From Eledone cirrhosa (Eukaryota), in contig OZ024745.1 in assembly GCA_964016885.1 (NCBI GenBank), positions 31,744,001 through 31,808,000 of the forward strand: DNA of 64,000 bases, in the 5' to 3' direction. Below are positions 40,354 to 54,789 of this stretch, piece by piece (position 1 is the stretch's first letter; each line of letters starts with the position of its first letter). A model generated the notes under the pieces. The model ran no database searches, was not told the origin of the DNA, and saw only the letters and a list, made by a program, of their open reading frames with translations. A program made the position numbers and the translations under genes.

Positions 40354-40487
40354 CTATCAGCAAAATACTGTGTTGCTACATCTCCAATTGGTAATTTAGA
40401 CAAAACTACGTTGGCTCCACTTTTATGAATAGCATCCAGTTTATCATAGAGAATAGACCACTCTGCATCCACAATAGATTGATATTC
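40354..40487 (-). CDS. CCT7: CCT7 exon 8
   Basis: [17 protein letters not shown]...[19 protein letters not shown]. Confidence 0.96.
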
Positions 40488-40718
40488 CTGAATAGAGGAA
40501 ATTAAAAAATAAGTTGAAAACCACACCAAATAAAATAACATTACAAGTCTCATTGACTTCAAATATGAGCTGAGATTGTAATAAATGGAAAGAGTTTAGA
40601 ATCAAAATAAACTGAACACAGAAGAAACTTCTTAACTATTGATTTACATCCAGAAAATGAATAAGTTAAAAATATCTTTGAATTATAAACTAAGAAAAAC
40701 ATTTGTTAAATGGTTTGT

Positions 40719-41964
40719 TTAACCCTTTAGCATCCGCATTAACTTTCAAACGTTATGCTTATCTGTTCGCATTATTTTGAGGGCGGTGGATTGGCAGTAT
40801 CGGTAGAGGGTCGGACGCCATGCTTTCCAGCATAGTTACGTCCCTTTACGGTCTGAGTTCAAATTCCGCCGAGGTTAACTTTGCCTTTCATCCTTACGGG
40901 GTCGATAAAATAAAGTACCAGTAATGTACTGGGTAATTGATGGCCTTATGCCAAAAGTAGAAACAATTATTTTGAGTTAATCATACTCAAGAGGGTTATC
41001 AATTTATTTGTTTGTAATTTTCTTAATTTTCTATGTGCAGGCTTGAAATTTTGTAGATGTTTAAATATGAATAATTTACAATTATATAATTTTACCTGAT
41101 TTTTTTGGTCAAATTTGACTTTTATGGGCAGGTGAAATTAATAGGGGCATTTGAAGTATCAACCAAGTGCAAATACTGGTTTAAATATGTTGTTTTCGGC
41201 ATAATACTTGATATATAAGAATCACTAAACCTTATATCAGTGTTCCAGTAATTCCAGTCTTGGAAATTATTTTATACCGAACATAATATTTACGGTAAAA
41301 AATGCTTGCATTTCCGCAGCATCTGTCGGTCGCCAAATAGATCGGGTTTTCCTCGATTTGAAATCTGTGTTGGGCATATCGATTAATCTCTTCTGCCACA
41401 ACTTCGAAGATAGTTTGTGGTAAAAACAAAAAGAAATAATCCAGTGCTTTAGCATCGAGAGTTAATGTGTGTTGTGGACCAGTATTTTGAATAAAATTGG
41501 GAACATATATTAGTGTGGTATTTTTCAACCAAATATTTTCAATGGCGTCCTGGAGATCTTCGTTTTCACTTTTAAAACAATCATTGTCGAACGAAATTTC
41601 AGAAATATAAACATCAGATTCATTTGAAGATAAATCACTAATATTATCGTTTGTTTCTTGTTTATTCTGAATGTTGCTGTGTAAAACCTTCAAAGTCGGT
41701 ATCGCTACTTTCATAAGCCATGTTGATACAAAAAAATTTTTTCTTGTACTTTCAAAGTAAAAAAAAACACTTGTTTTAATTTGTTTCACTATATTAAGTG
41801 TTGATTTTCGCGGTAAGGGCCTAATCTCGCAGTAATCTCGAATTGACGAGATTTTGATGATGATTTGTTTATTTTTAGAACGATATTTTAGTGTGGGTGT
41901 TATCGGGCGATTTCAACAAATGAAGGGAAAATAATTTTGGGCGATTTGAACACTAAAGGGTTAA
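40719..41964 (-). mobile_element. Internally deleted piggyBac element with nested SINE
   Basis: TTAA|CCCTTTAG ... CTAAAGGG|TTAA ends. ORF 41232-41789 contains TGPQHTL..ALDYFFLFLP..IFEVVAEEINRYA. Confidence 0.85.
40781..40977 (+). mobile_element. tRNA-derived SINE (Nin-like domain) with TSD
   Basis: A/B boxes present, flanked by the duplicated ATTATTTTGAG. Confidence 0.85.
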
Positions 41965-42089
41965 ATGTACAATACTATGCCTGTGACATTTTTCACCAAT
42001 TCTTACATAAAAATTTTTCTTGATTATAAACACTGGGTAATTAACTAATATAACCAAGGAATTTATAATATAAAGCTAATAATTACCAA

Positions 42090-42124
<35 letters not shown>

Positions 42125-42151
42125 AAAATCAACTTTAAAATATTTAATTAC

Positions 42152-42316
42152 CTCTACATTATCAACTCTCACTTCAGCATTTTCTTTCTCAGCCTTCAAT
42201 TCAAGTTCAATATTTAGTAAAGCAATCTTTGGATTTTCATAACTTTTCCGTTGCATTTCAAATCCAGCATAACTGAAGGTTTTTTTAAATGCTACTCCAG
42301 CAAATAATTTAGAATC
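42152..42316 (-). CDS. CCT7: CCT7 exon 7
   Basis: [22 protein letters not shown]...[26 protein letters not shown]. Confidence 0.96.
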
Positions 42317-42996
42317 CTACAAAGAAAAGATCAATATATAATTTCAAATATCTTCAATGGAAACCAGGCTCCAGATTTGCTTTGCAGATAACTAACTGCT
42401 ATTGTACTGTAACCTGTCCTGACAAAAAAGACATTTTAAAGGTTACCATTTTGTTACCAAATTTCTATGAAATTTGCTCTCTATTTCAATTAATTAATGA
42501 ATAATTGTGAGGGATTTACAAAAATTATTATATTAAAATATTAACATACTGTCTTTATATAAAATTGTCAGAAGATTTCAATTTAAAGAGGAACCCTTTA
42601 AAATGGATCGTTTTGTATCATAGAAGCAGCCAGTTTCAGGCTGGTTGGTATCAATTGTTAAAAAACTGTAAATATCTACTTAACAAATTAACTATTCAAA
42701 TATATCAGCATTTTTCATATACATAAGCTCCTCCTTGGTCATAACCGACCATGTGTTTGCACCTGGAAAGTTTTCCAAGTATTCCCCCTCCATGGCACCA
42801 ATGTTGTCCAAGAGAAAAGTATAAACTGATACAGCTTGACACAAGTGTTGTTAGAACAACATGAAAATAAAGAGTCTTGCTCAAAGATGCATGCAGCCTG
42901 GCAACCGAATCTATGGGTGTGAAACAAACACTAACTGCTAAGCAACATACCTTAGCCCCTTTCTCATATAACAAAACTAAAACTGTAAATATTTAC

Positions 42997-43168
42997 CTCA
43001 AGTGCTCCACCAGGCACCTTCTTTTTCCCAATCATGTTCAAAGGTAGTAAATCATCAAGCAACATAACAGCATCTACAACCATCTTAGCGAAGAATTCCT
43101 TCTGGTGGGCAACAAGTTTGGAGCTAAGAGAGGTGGCAGCACATTTTTCCAATAAATTGCGGAGTTCC
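42997..43168 (-). CDS. CCT7: CCT7 exon 6
   Basis: [19 protein letters not shown]...[33 protein letters not shown]. Confidence 0.96.
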
Positions 43169-44361
43169 CTTAAAAGATATAAAATAGCAACTGACAATCA
43201 ATTACCATCCATAACTCAGTGGAACAGCAATCTATGTACAAGCATAGGTACTAATAATAAGGAATCCTGTACAATTTCAAGTATAAATTCACATATTTTA
43301 ATATTTAAATCACTTTCTATATATAGATATACATACATATACACGCATGGACATCACCAATGAAAACATATCTGCCCATTTCCTTGTCTTTAGATTGGAT
43401 TACTTCAGAAACGTAACCTCATTACATAAGATACTGTCTGATGTGCGACTGGTTGCATGTTTAAACCATCACGTACATAGAATTACCACTAAAATATGTA
43501 CTACAGCTTTTAATAAAGGATTTTTAAACACCTACAATTAACTTTGCATTTCCCCTCTCCCTATATATACACACACACACTCAAGTAGCCGTGTAGGTGT
43601 CGTGACAAAAAACACCCAGTACACACTGTAAAGGTACAAAGTTTGCCAAACAAAAGACTGAAAGGACCCTTCAGTTGCGTGAAAGACAGGACAACTTCTC
43701 CTGTGCCCTCAGTAGAACGCGAGGTCATACATAAGTGTGATGTAGACACTCCAGCTTACCTGGAAAGTCAGTAGCACCACTGCAGTACTGACTTGGTCTG
43801 TGAAGAACTATCCAACCCTTGTTAGCAGAGAAAGCAGACGTTAAACAACAGTTATGATGATGCAGTTAATTTCATAGTAACTAGTGGAACTACATCATAT
43901 ATTGTTCTTTACTAACTACACCTTACTTTGGTTTAAATAATGAAATTTCTATCTAAATTTAAAATTAAGGAAAATTAAATCGCCAAATTAAATTTTGCTT
44001 ACCAAACCATTCACTGTAGCATTCAATATCTTTAATTAAAAACAAATCTTAACCCCCAAAAGCTATTGCTTTTAAGCATATGGTGATTTGAAATAATTAC
44101 ATGAATTATTCAATGTCAAAGGTTAAATCACATTCTAAAGCATAATTAACATCTAGAATCAAATTTAAAATTTTCGCAGTTTTTTTTTTTAATTTATTAC
44201 AAATTTGTAAACAATCATTTTTCCTTGCTATTGACAACAATGAAGTTTTGTCAAAGCTGAATAACCTTAATACTAACTAAACTAAAAAGTAGATATGGAA
44301 CTTATTGAGACATCACAAATGCTTAGTTGTGATACCTAGTGTTATACCCAATCATCACTGT

Positions 44362-46867
44362 TTAACCTCTTCGTTACCAAACCGGCCAAAGCCGATCGAA
44401 AAAAAATTTTGGTTCATGTGACCAAGCCGTCCAAAACCGCCCGTACTCACACATTCATATTTAAATGAGAATATCAGAGCAAATCTCATTAATACATTCG
44501 TGAAAACACGTGATTATACTGCGTAAACAATTGAGCTACAGTTTTGGACAACGATCGACGCGTTATTTTAATTCTGTGAATTTTGGGAGATTTTTTTCCA
44601 AATTTGTTCCTGTTAGGTTTTGAAAATTTGTAATTCTGACAAAAAATGGATACCAATTTCATTGTCAAGCAGTGAGTCAGAATTCGAAGGATTTCTTCTG
44701 AAGATCTTGAAAAATCTAACTCTAACTGAAAAAAAAAAAAGCACGTGGTATTTGATAATGAATCCGATGTTTCATTTTCCGAAAGTGAAAACTGAATCCA
44801 AGAGCTCCGATGACAGCGATAAAGAAAATGAATTGGCACCTGAATGGAGTAAAAATTTAAAAACTGTTTCTTTCAGTGATTTTTGTGAAGAAACTGGACC
44901 AAGTCACAGTCTATCCCAGGAGAGCAAAGCTTTAGACTATTTCCTTTTACTTTTTCCTATGAGCTTGTTTGAAATCATTACGGCGGAAACAAACTGTTAC
45001 GTTGAAAGTAAACAAAGCGAAAAAAAAGGATAGTTTGTGGTTTCCCACAAGCTTAAATGAAATTAGAGCTTATTTTGCCATAAATATTATTATGGGCATT
45101 AGAAAGCTACCCAGAATTACAAATTACTGGAGTAGCGATGAACCCTTTGGAGACGAATATGTCTCAAGTATAATGACGAGGACACGGTTTTTAAAATTGA
45201 CGCAATATTTACATGTAAGAGACACGAGCAGTACACCAGTACGTGGAGAACCAAACTATGATCCCTTATTTAAAATAAGACCCCTCATTGACTGTGTTCA
45301 AAACACATATTTATCTATCGATGAGGGTATGGTGGGCTATAAAGGCCGAGTGCATTTTCGACAATATATGCCAGGAAAGCCCACAAAATGGGGGATCAAA
45401 GTTTGGAAGATTTGCGAATCGAATACTGCTCTGGATTTGAATTTTATACTGGCAAAAGAGACAATTATGGCCTAGGGTATGATGTGGTTTGGAATTTATC
45501 ACTTCCATACCATAACCAGGGCCGTATATTATCTTTTTACCGGTTTTTCAGTTCGGTCAAACTTGTGGAGAATTTAGATACTGTGGCAACACATACATGT
45601 GCTACAGTGATCGCTAATAGAAAAGGACTGCCGTTGGATATAAAAAAAAAAAAAAAAAAAAAAAAAGTGAATCCTACAGCAGAAAGGAAATTTGCTAGTG
45701 ACCACATACAGAGATAGGAGGCAGATCAATTTTCTGTCTACCTGTGCACGGCCACATGTGGATGAAAATGGCACCCCATTTGTGAATCTCGATTATAATA
45801 GGTACATGGGTGGTGTAGATCGGATGAATCAGATGATGTCTTATTATCCAGTTGGCAGACCGGAGAATAAATGGTGGCGATACCTGGTTTGGTATATAGT
45901 AAATATGAGTATTACTAATGCGTTTATACTATATACCAAATCAGGACCGGCTCGAAAGCGATGCGACCATCTGCAGTTCCAAGCAGATATAGCAACACGA
46001 TTAAGAGCTGGTTATTCCTAAAAAAAAAAATAACTGTAGGGAGAAAAAACAAAGCCTGCCAGAGGGATATCCCTCTGAATTCAGCTGATCTCCATAAATT
46101 AGAAAAAAAAAATATCGAAGGTCGCAAATGCCTTCATCAAAAAAGGAAAGCTCCTAGTGGAAGGTCCGTTGAAACAACTTTCCAATGTGCATTCTGCAAG
46201 GTTGCATTATGTAGAGCAGGGTGCTTTACAAGTTTTCATGATAGGAATATTGTTTGATTTGTGTGATTTGATTTTCTTAATATTTTCAGAATTACTTCGT
46301 TTTTCTTTTTCTTTATGTGTAATTTTAATTTACCTGTAAGGTGAGTGACGAGTTTTGATTAATTTCTTTTGTAAATCATTATTGTATATTTCTGCGTATC
46401 TATGTATGTGGAAGAGCTTATTTAATCTAGTTGATGGTATGTGTATTTTGTTTTCTAGTTTTCTTCAGACAAATTCCACTCTTTCGTTTTATTTATACCT
46501 TTATGATACACCTGTCTTTTGTGTGTTTAAATTCACCTGATAAATCCAGTAATGTGCACAACTCTTCTATAGTAAAATTTTGTTGTATACCCAATTGAAT
46601 ATTAGCTAATAACCCATTTTCTATAGCTATGTTTGAACAAAATTTAAATAATTTCATATTTTGTTGAATTTACCTGTATTTACCTGTAATTAGAGTCACT
46701 TTGAGACAAAAATTATGGAATAGAATTGGTTGAGGACCTTTCGTTAAATTTTCTTCCAAAAATCACATTAATATGTTGATAAATAAAAAATTTATGATTA
46801 TATTAGAAATTAATTGAAACACATAAGGGGTGTATTTTGGTTAGAAATATGGTAACGAAAGGGTTAA
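44362..46867 (+). mobile_element. Near full-length piggyBac (PGBD4-like) transposon with inactivated transposase
   Basis: TTAA TSDs and TIRs CCTCTTCGTTACCA / TGGTAACGAAAGGG. Motifs SIDEGMV..KGR..QYMP.KP.KWGIK and YNRYMGGVD, plus a Cys-rich C-terminus. Several frameshifts. Confidence 0.94.
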
Positions 46868-47101
46868 TGCCCATTTTTCCACGCTGGCATGAGTTAGATA
46901 AGTTGTTCCATCGCGTGACCGTGTCCTGGTCATACAGAAATGTTTCTGGCTTGGATACCCTTCCTAACCACAAACACTATATCTCAACTCTCCTATCTTT
47001 ACAGTTAGTGAAAATATTTTTTTTTTAATTCATCAATTTACATCAACAGCGAAAGCCAACGACAAAAGAAATTTCATGAAAGGCATAATTGAAATTCTTA
47101 C

Positions 47102-47154
47102 TTTTGATCATCTTTCTTTACTTTCACTGCAATTTCTTTACATTTAGCAACAGC
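47102..47154 (-). CDS. CCT7: CCT7 exon 5
   Basis: AVAKCKEIAVKVKKDDQ, 53 bp with phases matching its neighbours. Confidence 0.9.
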
Positions 47155-48147
47155 CTAAAACAAAAGTAGAAAAATTCTATAATATTCAACATTTTTATAT
47201 TTTTATCGTTAAATTATCAAAATCAATGCATTTAAATAAATTAATTTCAATCATCAGCAATATATTACAGTATAGAATTTTATTTTAAGTGGTGTTTAAA
47301 ACTAAACTAGTTTGCCATGATTTAGTCATGAAGAACTTTATATCTTAAGCAGGCATCACGTGCATACTCAACCAGTAAACAGTATCAATTTAGTTAACTG
47401 CATTAAGCTCAAAATTCTTACAGTAAACCTGGGAGTCAAATCTCTTCAAATTAGGAATAATATTCATCAAAGGAAACCCCCTTTTCGGAAAATATGATCA
47501 CAACAAAGATAAGATGGCTATCCCAGCAAAAATGACAAAAAATTACATAAAACCTGTAGTAATATTATTTCTCCTCTTGATCACATTTGGCTTAAAAAAC
47601 AGTAGAGAGAAAGTGTCATGTATTAAACACCAAAATGATTGGTATTAGGAAGGGTATCCAGCCATAGAAATCATGCCAAAAATGAACCTATGAGTAAGAC
47701 AGGATCCTCCAGCCCATGAGAGCAGAACTTAAACAGATCATGACAACCCAGTCAACTCATGCCAGCATGAAAGGCAAATGTAAAAAAGATGATACAGTTT
47801 ATGAAGATATAATTTTCAAACTGGTATGCTATGTCAAAAGCTATATATTATTTGTAATCAAACTCGGGTTTCACATCACAAAAGAAAAAATAAATAAAAC
47901 ATCCCTTTCACAATGTATATTATGTAAGCTAATAATATTTTCTTCACTGGCTTTTACTGAACTTTTTTTAATCCTTACTTTCAAGTACATTTTTTTTTAA
48001 TTTTCTTTTACTAAAATACAGCCATGCTGGTACTTGTTTCATCAATCTATATTGAATAGCCAAATCTACCTAGGTGTAAACCAGACTAAATATCCTTTGT
48101 TATTTTGGTTCGATATGCTGAGTTATCGACAATCCTTTGATCACCAC

Positions 48148-48194
<47 letters not shown>

Positions 48195-48480
48195 CATGCT
48201 TCTCTACACATTTTCCAATTGGAGACTATGGTGTTGAAGATACTTGCACAAGAAGCCACACAGTATGACCAAATCCAAAACCACATGGTTACAAAGTAAA
48301 CTTTTTAAAGACAAGATCTCCTGAGTTTATTACTACTGTTTTGAATAAAAACATTCATTTCGTAGAGCCAGAAATGAAATATCTTACTGAAATTATAACT
48401 TCAAATGAGTTTTAAGCTTAGATATTTGTTTAAATGAAAGTGTGGGCCAAATGCATGTCATGTAAGAAAATGATACTCAC

Positions 48481-48606
48481 CATATTAGCTGCTTTCTTAA
48501 AAGCACTAATGATAATACGTGGGTGAACTCCATCTTCAATAAATGGTTTGGCTTGTTTAAGGAATTCTGCAGTCAGAAGAACAACACTAGTTGTACCATC
48601 ACCAAC
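48481..48606 (-). CDS. CCT7: CCT7 exon 4
   Basis: [11 protein letters not shown] (chaperonin GDGTT P-loop). Confidence 0.97.
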
Positions 48607-49010
48607 CTGAAGGAAAAAAATAATAACCATGGTTATTTCTAAAGATGACAAACTAAAATGTATTTTTACTTAAAAATCATCAAATGGTGTTATTTCAATA
48701 AATAACATTTTAAACATATTGTATAGAAAACCACGCTAAAAGAGATTTTGACAATACATTAATAAACACTTAACATCCTGTACCACATGAAACCATGTTA
48801 GCAAAACATTTTCGAAAAATACAAAACATCACTATGACTGCATGAAATTAAAAATTAAAGTCTTTAATTTAGTCTAATTTTTCACAACAATATCTGTCAG
48901 TAAAGATACTATTAGCATTTGAATTAATGAACCCATTTTTAGTTAATTTCTGCTAAATCATTACAAGATGTTAAGCTAGCAATTTGTTAAAATAAATGCA
49001 CTGAACAAAC

Positions 49011-49117
49011 CTCAGCATCTTGAGATTTAGCAATATCAACCAGCATTTTAGCAGCAGGGTGAATAATGTCCAATAATTTGACAATAGTAGCGCCATCATT
49101 AGATATTGTAGCTTTTC
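49011..49117 (-). CDS. CCT7: CCT7 exon 3
   Basis: [35 protein letters not shown]. Confidence 0.97.
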
Positions 49118-50992
49118 CTGAAAATAAAATACAAAGTGAAAACCATTATAACAGCATTAAACATACAATCTTTATTAAGGTGTTCAGAGATTTTCATTCA
49201 TGGCTTCTCCAAATACCATAATTGTAATTTGGTGAAAGAGAATTACATTTAGAGATATCATATTTAACATCTGCTTACTGTCTAACCCATGCTAGCGTGG
49301 AAGATGGACGTTAAATGATGATGATGATTTCCCTGCTAGCAAAGGTTGGATGGGTCTTCATAGACCGAGTCAGAATTGAAGTGGGACCACTGGCCTCTTA
49401 GACAGGGTGGAGGTGAGGGTCTGTATCTTGCTTACATACGGTTCCATGTTCGACTGAATGCATTTTATCATGGCATCAGCTCAAGAGAAGTCATATACTT
49501 CCATGTCAGACACTAACAATACACAAGGACATGAGAATGAAAACTACAAACCCATATTTAAAATATGACCTCTTCTGCAGAGCCTCCAGAAAACAAACAA
49601 AAAATTCACTGATGAAGAGATGGTGGAGCATAAAGGTCAGATACATTTTTGACAAGACAGAAAATGACAGCTGCATAAAGAAATGCTGATTGCTTTAAGT
49701 GAATGGAAGATGTGGAAGACATAGACAAAGTGATTAACAATTACTGGTGGCCTGCTGTGCTGATGATGATACACATGCCAGTTCAAGCACAATGGTGTGG
49801 TTTGCAAAATTAAATGTGGTGAGTGAGGGTGGTTAGGATTTACTTACAATCTTCTGCCCTATGACTGTTATGGTGTCCACTACACTATGCTAACAGATGA
49901 TGGAAGGGGCACCTAACTAGTTACTACCCAATCCCTTTATCATTTCCCATTACTTATCACTGCCATTTTCTTTCTTTCACCATCACTCCTTATCTTGAGA
50001 TTGGATCTGACCAGGTCATGACTTCTTCCATAAGTAACCTTCAACAGCTGACCTCTACCATTCTCTATTCTTTTGTGTTACTCATCACTAACACCATCAT
50101 ACCATGACATCCATATTGGTATCTCAACATGTTGCTTATGCTACCTCCTTACTCAACAAAACTTCCTACCTACCAAACTTCTACCTCTTACATATTCAAT
50201 TCAAACTATCTCCTCTTTGTTTAGTTTACCTTAAAAAAAAAGACCAAATGATGTAGAGGGGCCTTTAGTCTTGCTGTGGATAAGACAACCTTCCTCATAT
50301 TGGTGACAAGATAAATTCACTCAGTACAATGGTTAGCAATGAAATCAAGTCAACAAAGTAGATAGGGTTCTTTAGTCTTGTCAGGGACGTGATAACCTGT
50401 CTGATGTTAGTGCAACATTAAAATGCACACTACACACTAAAGTGGTTGACAACGGGAGACTACAGAGAGTAGAGGAGACTCTTTACTATTGTGAAGAACA
50501 TGACCTTTTTAGTGCTGGTGCCACAATAAAATGCACCCAGTACACACTGTAAAGTTGATGTTAGGAAGGGCATCCAACTGTAGAAACAATGCCATGTATG
50601 TGCATGAAGTGGCGTTCTAACCCATCAAGGAGGGCAGTAATTCTGAATGAGAACTCAGACCATGACAATGAATGTCATCAAAGAAAGCAAATATAAAATA
50701 ATGAGGATATTCAAAAGAAATAAGGTACAAAGTAGAAAATTTGTTTAACTGAAGATGCGAGATTAAATCTCTGAATTCAAGAAGTTAATAAAAAATCTCC
50801 TTGCCAAAATTCTTCAAACCTGTATTTTTGTATTGGTTTTAAGGTTCAGTCTAACAGGCTTGACAATTTTTGATGAGAGATTTGTGTAACTCTTTTAATT
50901 ACACAAGCATAAATTCTTTTTAATAATTTGTGCATAAAATTACTTTTGGAAGTATAAAAGCATAAATTATATTTTAATATTATATAACTTAC

Positions 50993-51146
50993 CTTGGGAA
51001 TCCACAATTAATTTATCCATTCCTCGGGGCCCAAGAGTAGTACGAACAGCATCTGCCACAACTTGACAGGCCATGATGTTACTAAGGATTTGGGGCTTCC
51101 CTTGAGAGGAATCCGTGCCCTCCTTTAATAAAATGATTGGTGTTTG
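50993..51146 (-). CDS. CCT7: CCT7 exon 2
   Basis: [51 protein letters not shown]. Confidence 0.97.
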
Positions 51147-51634
51147 CTGAAATAAACAAGAGGTAACAACAAAAATGAATTCAAATAATCAAATATTTAA
51201 AATATAATTCAATGAACACACCTGTATCATATCAAAAGTTTACAAATCTTGTTAATGAAATTACACAAAACAGAAACCATACATTGATATCATAGTATCA
51301 GCTTCACCAAGCACCAGTTCACACTGTGAAGTGGCCGTGTTGGAGCCACGATAAAAAGCATTCAATCCACACTGTAAAGTGATCGTGTTGGTGCCACAAT
51401 AAAAAGCATCCGGTTATAGAAACCAAGCCAGAAATGGTTCTGTGTGAGCAAGACATGGTCATCCGATCTGACTTCTCTTACAACGGGACAACCCTTTCTC
51501 TAACCCATGCTAACATGGAAAATGGACGTTAAACGAAGATGATCCAAGATCATGAAAATAACACTAGCTTCCCTTAGGTATCAAGGTTTTTACGTAAAAT
51601 AAGATTACATCACTGTGATGGCATATTAAAATTA

Positions 51635-51802
51635 CCATATTTCCCGGCGTCAAAGACGCTACTGTTTTTATAAAATAAGTCTCAAAAATCCACCATGCGT
51701 CCTGGAGGCTGAAGGTTAACTATTTTTTTCCAAATTTTTTAGTTGTCAAAATTAGGGTGCGTCCTCGAGGACGAAGTGTCTTCGACGCCGAGAAATACAG
51801 TA
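51635..51802. mobile_element. Tc1/mariner/pogo-type MITE
   Basis: TA|CCATATTTCCCGGCGTCAAAGAC ... GTCTTCGACGCCGAGAAATACAG|TA. Confidence 0.7.
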
Positions 51803-54786
51803 CATTAATGGTACAGACGTTTGTGGAATGCTCAGCCACTGACACAATTAAAGGAATAGGCTGTTCAGTTGGTCAAACAACTGTAACTCATTGGAACCAA
51901 GGTAGGCCAAACTACATCACTAGCAAATGTTATATTTTTAAAACACTTCATTCATTTTCACAAGATGTATTTAGATGGAGATAATAATCAATAGATCCAT
52001 TGTACGAAAATGTTTTACTGCCTCTTCACATATTCTAGAAATACTATCTGAGGATACAATAATATTTAGAAAACTATAATTAATAACAGAAAGCACAAGA
52101 TCCCAATTTTGATGGTCTTGTTCTATAATTAAAAGCTCAATACTATACAGCAGTGAGTAAACAAGATGTGGATAGGGCTTTCTCGGTGTTGAGAAGGAAA
52201 TCCATTCTATTGTAGAAAGTAATTAGTTATAGAGAGGCACCTACATGCAGAAAAAAAATGAATGGTCATAGTTAAAATCCCTTTGATAGTAGGCTTGGTC
52301 AATCATTAAGTTTTAAAAAAAACAATGCCTTATTCTGGTACAAATAATGCAAGATGAGCTGTAGATGTACAGGCGTTTGTTACCTCTATAGACAACAAAA
52401 GGTTTCTCTCACTTGGCAGTCAGTATGAGGCATGTATAGAAGATAAGATTTAATTAAGCACCAGTTGAATTGAAATATATTGGATATGAAAGATTGACTT
52501 GAATGGAAATCAGAATAGAACATATCTAATATCTACAAGGCAACTACATTAAGAATATGTAATGAATCATTGATCAGATATAGAAACATTATGTGATCAG
52601 CTAAGACAGTTGACAATTCTTTGTAATATCTTCGTAGTTTGAAACATAAATATAAACTTAAAACAGTTATAGACCTGCTGCTGAATTATAGGATATTTTC
52701 AAAAATACAGCACTAATATAAAGATCAAATTTTGGGGTTACATAACAAAAATCTAAGATTCAAGAATCCCAACTCATACTTGGCACCCTAAAATAATATA
52801 TCTAGCAACACGTCTGGGTTTTTTTCAGTAGCAGAAATGTAAATTAAAACGATATTTTTGTGATCTTTCCTCTCAGATTTTACGACATTATATATATATA
52901 TATATATATAACTGTTTCTACTTTTGGCACAAGGCCAGCAATTACTCAGTGCATTACTGGTACTTTATTTTATATATATATAACGTTCCATGTTTATATG
53001 CTGCCATTTTGTGAAAATATAATTTTTACAGATTTACACAAACTAGGTGTAGAATTTTATACATTTTAGGCAAATAGTTTACCCCCCCCCCCCCCCCCCA
53101 TATCACACCCATCTGTTGCCTCGTAAATATATATATATATATATAGCAATCTTCGAAGATTACAATTATGTTAATGAGAAGTTTGTTTTTTAATTTAATT
53201 ATCTTTTTTCGCAATTCTCACGAGTAATGACATCCTGATTGAAACTAGTTTGTTATCAATATAAAATCGGAAAGCATATTGAAAAAAAATTTCAGAATTT
53301 GCGTTTCGACACTAGAAATAAAGATCAAAAGTATTCAAAAAATTAAAGCATTAACGAATGGAAGTACACAATGATTTCTTTATTAAATAATGAAAGTCCC
53401 AAAAATGTTTTTTTAAATATCCTAATGTACATCTTCCAAAAAATTCATCAACATAATCGTAATCTACATCTTCAAAAAAACCTATCCCAGCAAAAGTTAA
53501 AATTCTGAAACTCACATCTAAAATGTGAGTCATTTAGCATCGTCGCACTGCAGTTTCATAAAATTTAGCTTTTAACAAAAGACAAGATGAATTTTTTTTA
53601 CTCTTTTTATTGATACCATTAATAATGGTTTCTTATATAGGCACAAGGCAAGCAATTTTGGGGGAGGGGAAGTCGCTTAAATCAACCCCAGTGCGTGACT
53701 GGTACTTTATTTATCGACCCCGTAAGGATGAAAGGCAAAGTTGAAAGCATTAAAGGACATTTTCAAGTAAAACCGACAAATTGCAACAGAAATTATTTTT
53801 TACTGATTGTAAAGCTATACAGTTAACTCTGGACTTCGTCTTTAATCTCTCACCATAAATAATATAAATACTATTAATTCCCCGTCAAAAATTTATCTTC
53901 CTGTTGAGGATTTTAAAGTCTTATTTTAGTAGGCTGTATTTAAACAGTTACATTAGTTTTAATAAATTTAATGATTTCAATACCTAGAAATAATTATGCG
54001 GGTAAGAAAAAATATTAGTCAATGACTAAGCTTTTCATTTTTCTGGCAAACATAATATTGATACTGTATTTTTGACAAGCTGTTTCTTCCTCCCTTCTAT
54101 GTTTAAAAAAGTGAATGTAGACAAAAAGCAAACACGGTTTCATGTAAATCGGATTAAAACTATATCTATACAGCTCATCACAATATTCAGGTTAAAATAA
54201 GTTACGAAAGGGGGGGATGTACCGACTTTTATAGAGTCCCAACCATCTATGGAGATAAGACATTTTAAAATGAGTTTCGAAGGATGTTGTACAAAAAAAA
54301 ACTACTTTCGATTCCCAACATATTTTTTTAAATTGTCACTGATTATGTCATTTGTGTCTAAAATAAAAGATTAAATTGCATATAAAATTCGCACATCAAA
54401 TACATTTCCAGTTACGAATTACACAATAGAAATTACTAGAATCCATGTGACAAACTATTTTATAGAGAAACATTTAAGCAAATCATTTTAAATGTCATTG
54501 TCTTGGGTTATTTAGAATATTTTTCTTACAAGAAATAAAAATCACAAAAAATTATTTGTACGATTAAAAAGACTAGAAAAAGCACATGTCACAAGGAATT
54601 TGGATTCAGCGAAGCTTCGAGAAGACAATGCAGAATATGCGACTAACATCATTTTATATCATCATAATGAACACTAAAATAATTATATTTAGGCAATACG
54701 ACAATAAAACACTCAAATTAAATTAATAAAAGCAACTCTAACCGCTGACATGTCACAGGATTATAACGATTAAAATAAAATCTTAC

Positions 54787-54789
54787 CAT
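54787..54789 (-). CDS. CCT7: CCT7 exon 1 coding part (ATG only)
   Basis: ATG|GTAAGA donor in phase 0 with exon 2. It completes a 1620-nt ORF and lies just downstream of promoter-like motifs. Confidence 0.75.

Noticed and set aside
54605-54670. C/D box-like motifs in CCT7 intron 1 (also ~40190-40293 and ~43408-43472)
   Set aside because: Weak terminal stems and no recognisable rRNA/snRNA antisense element. Would need snoscan and expression data.
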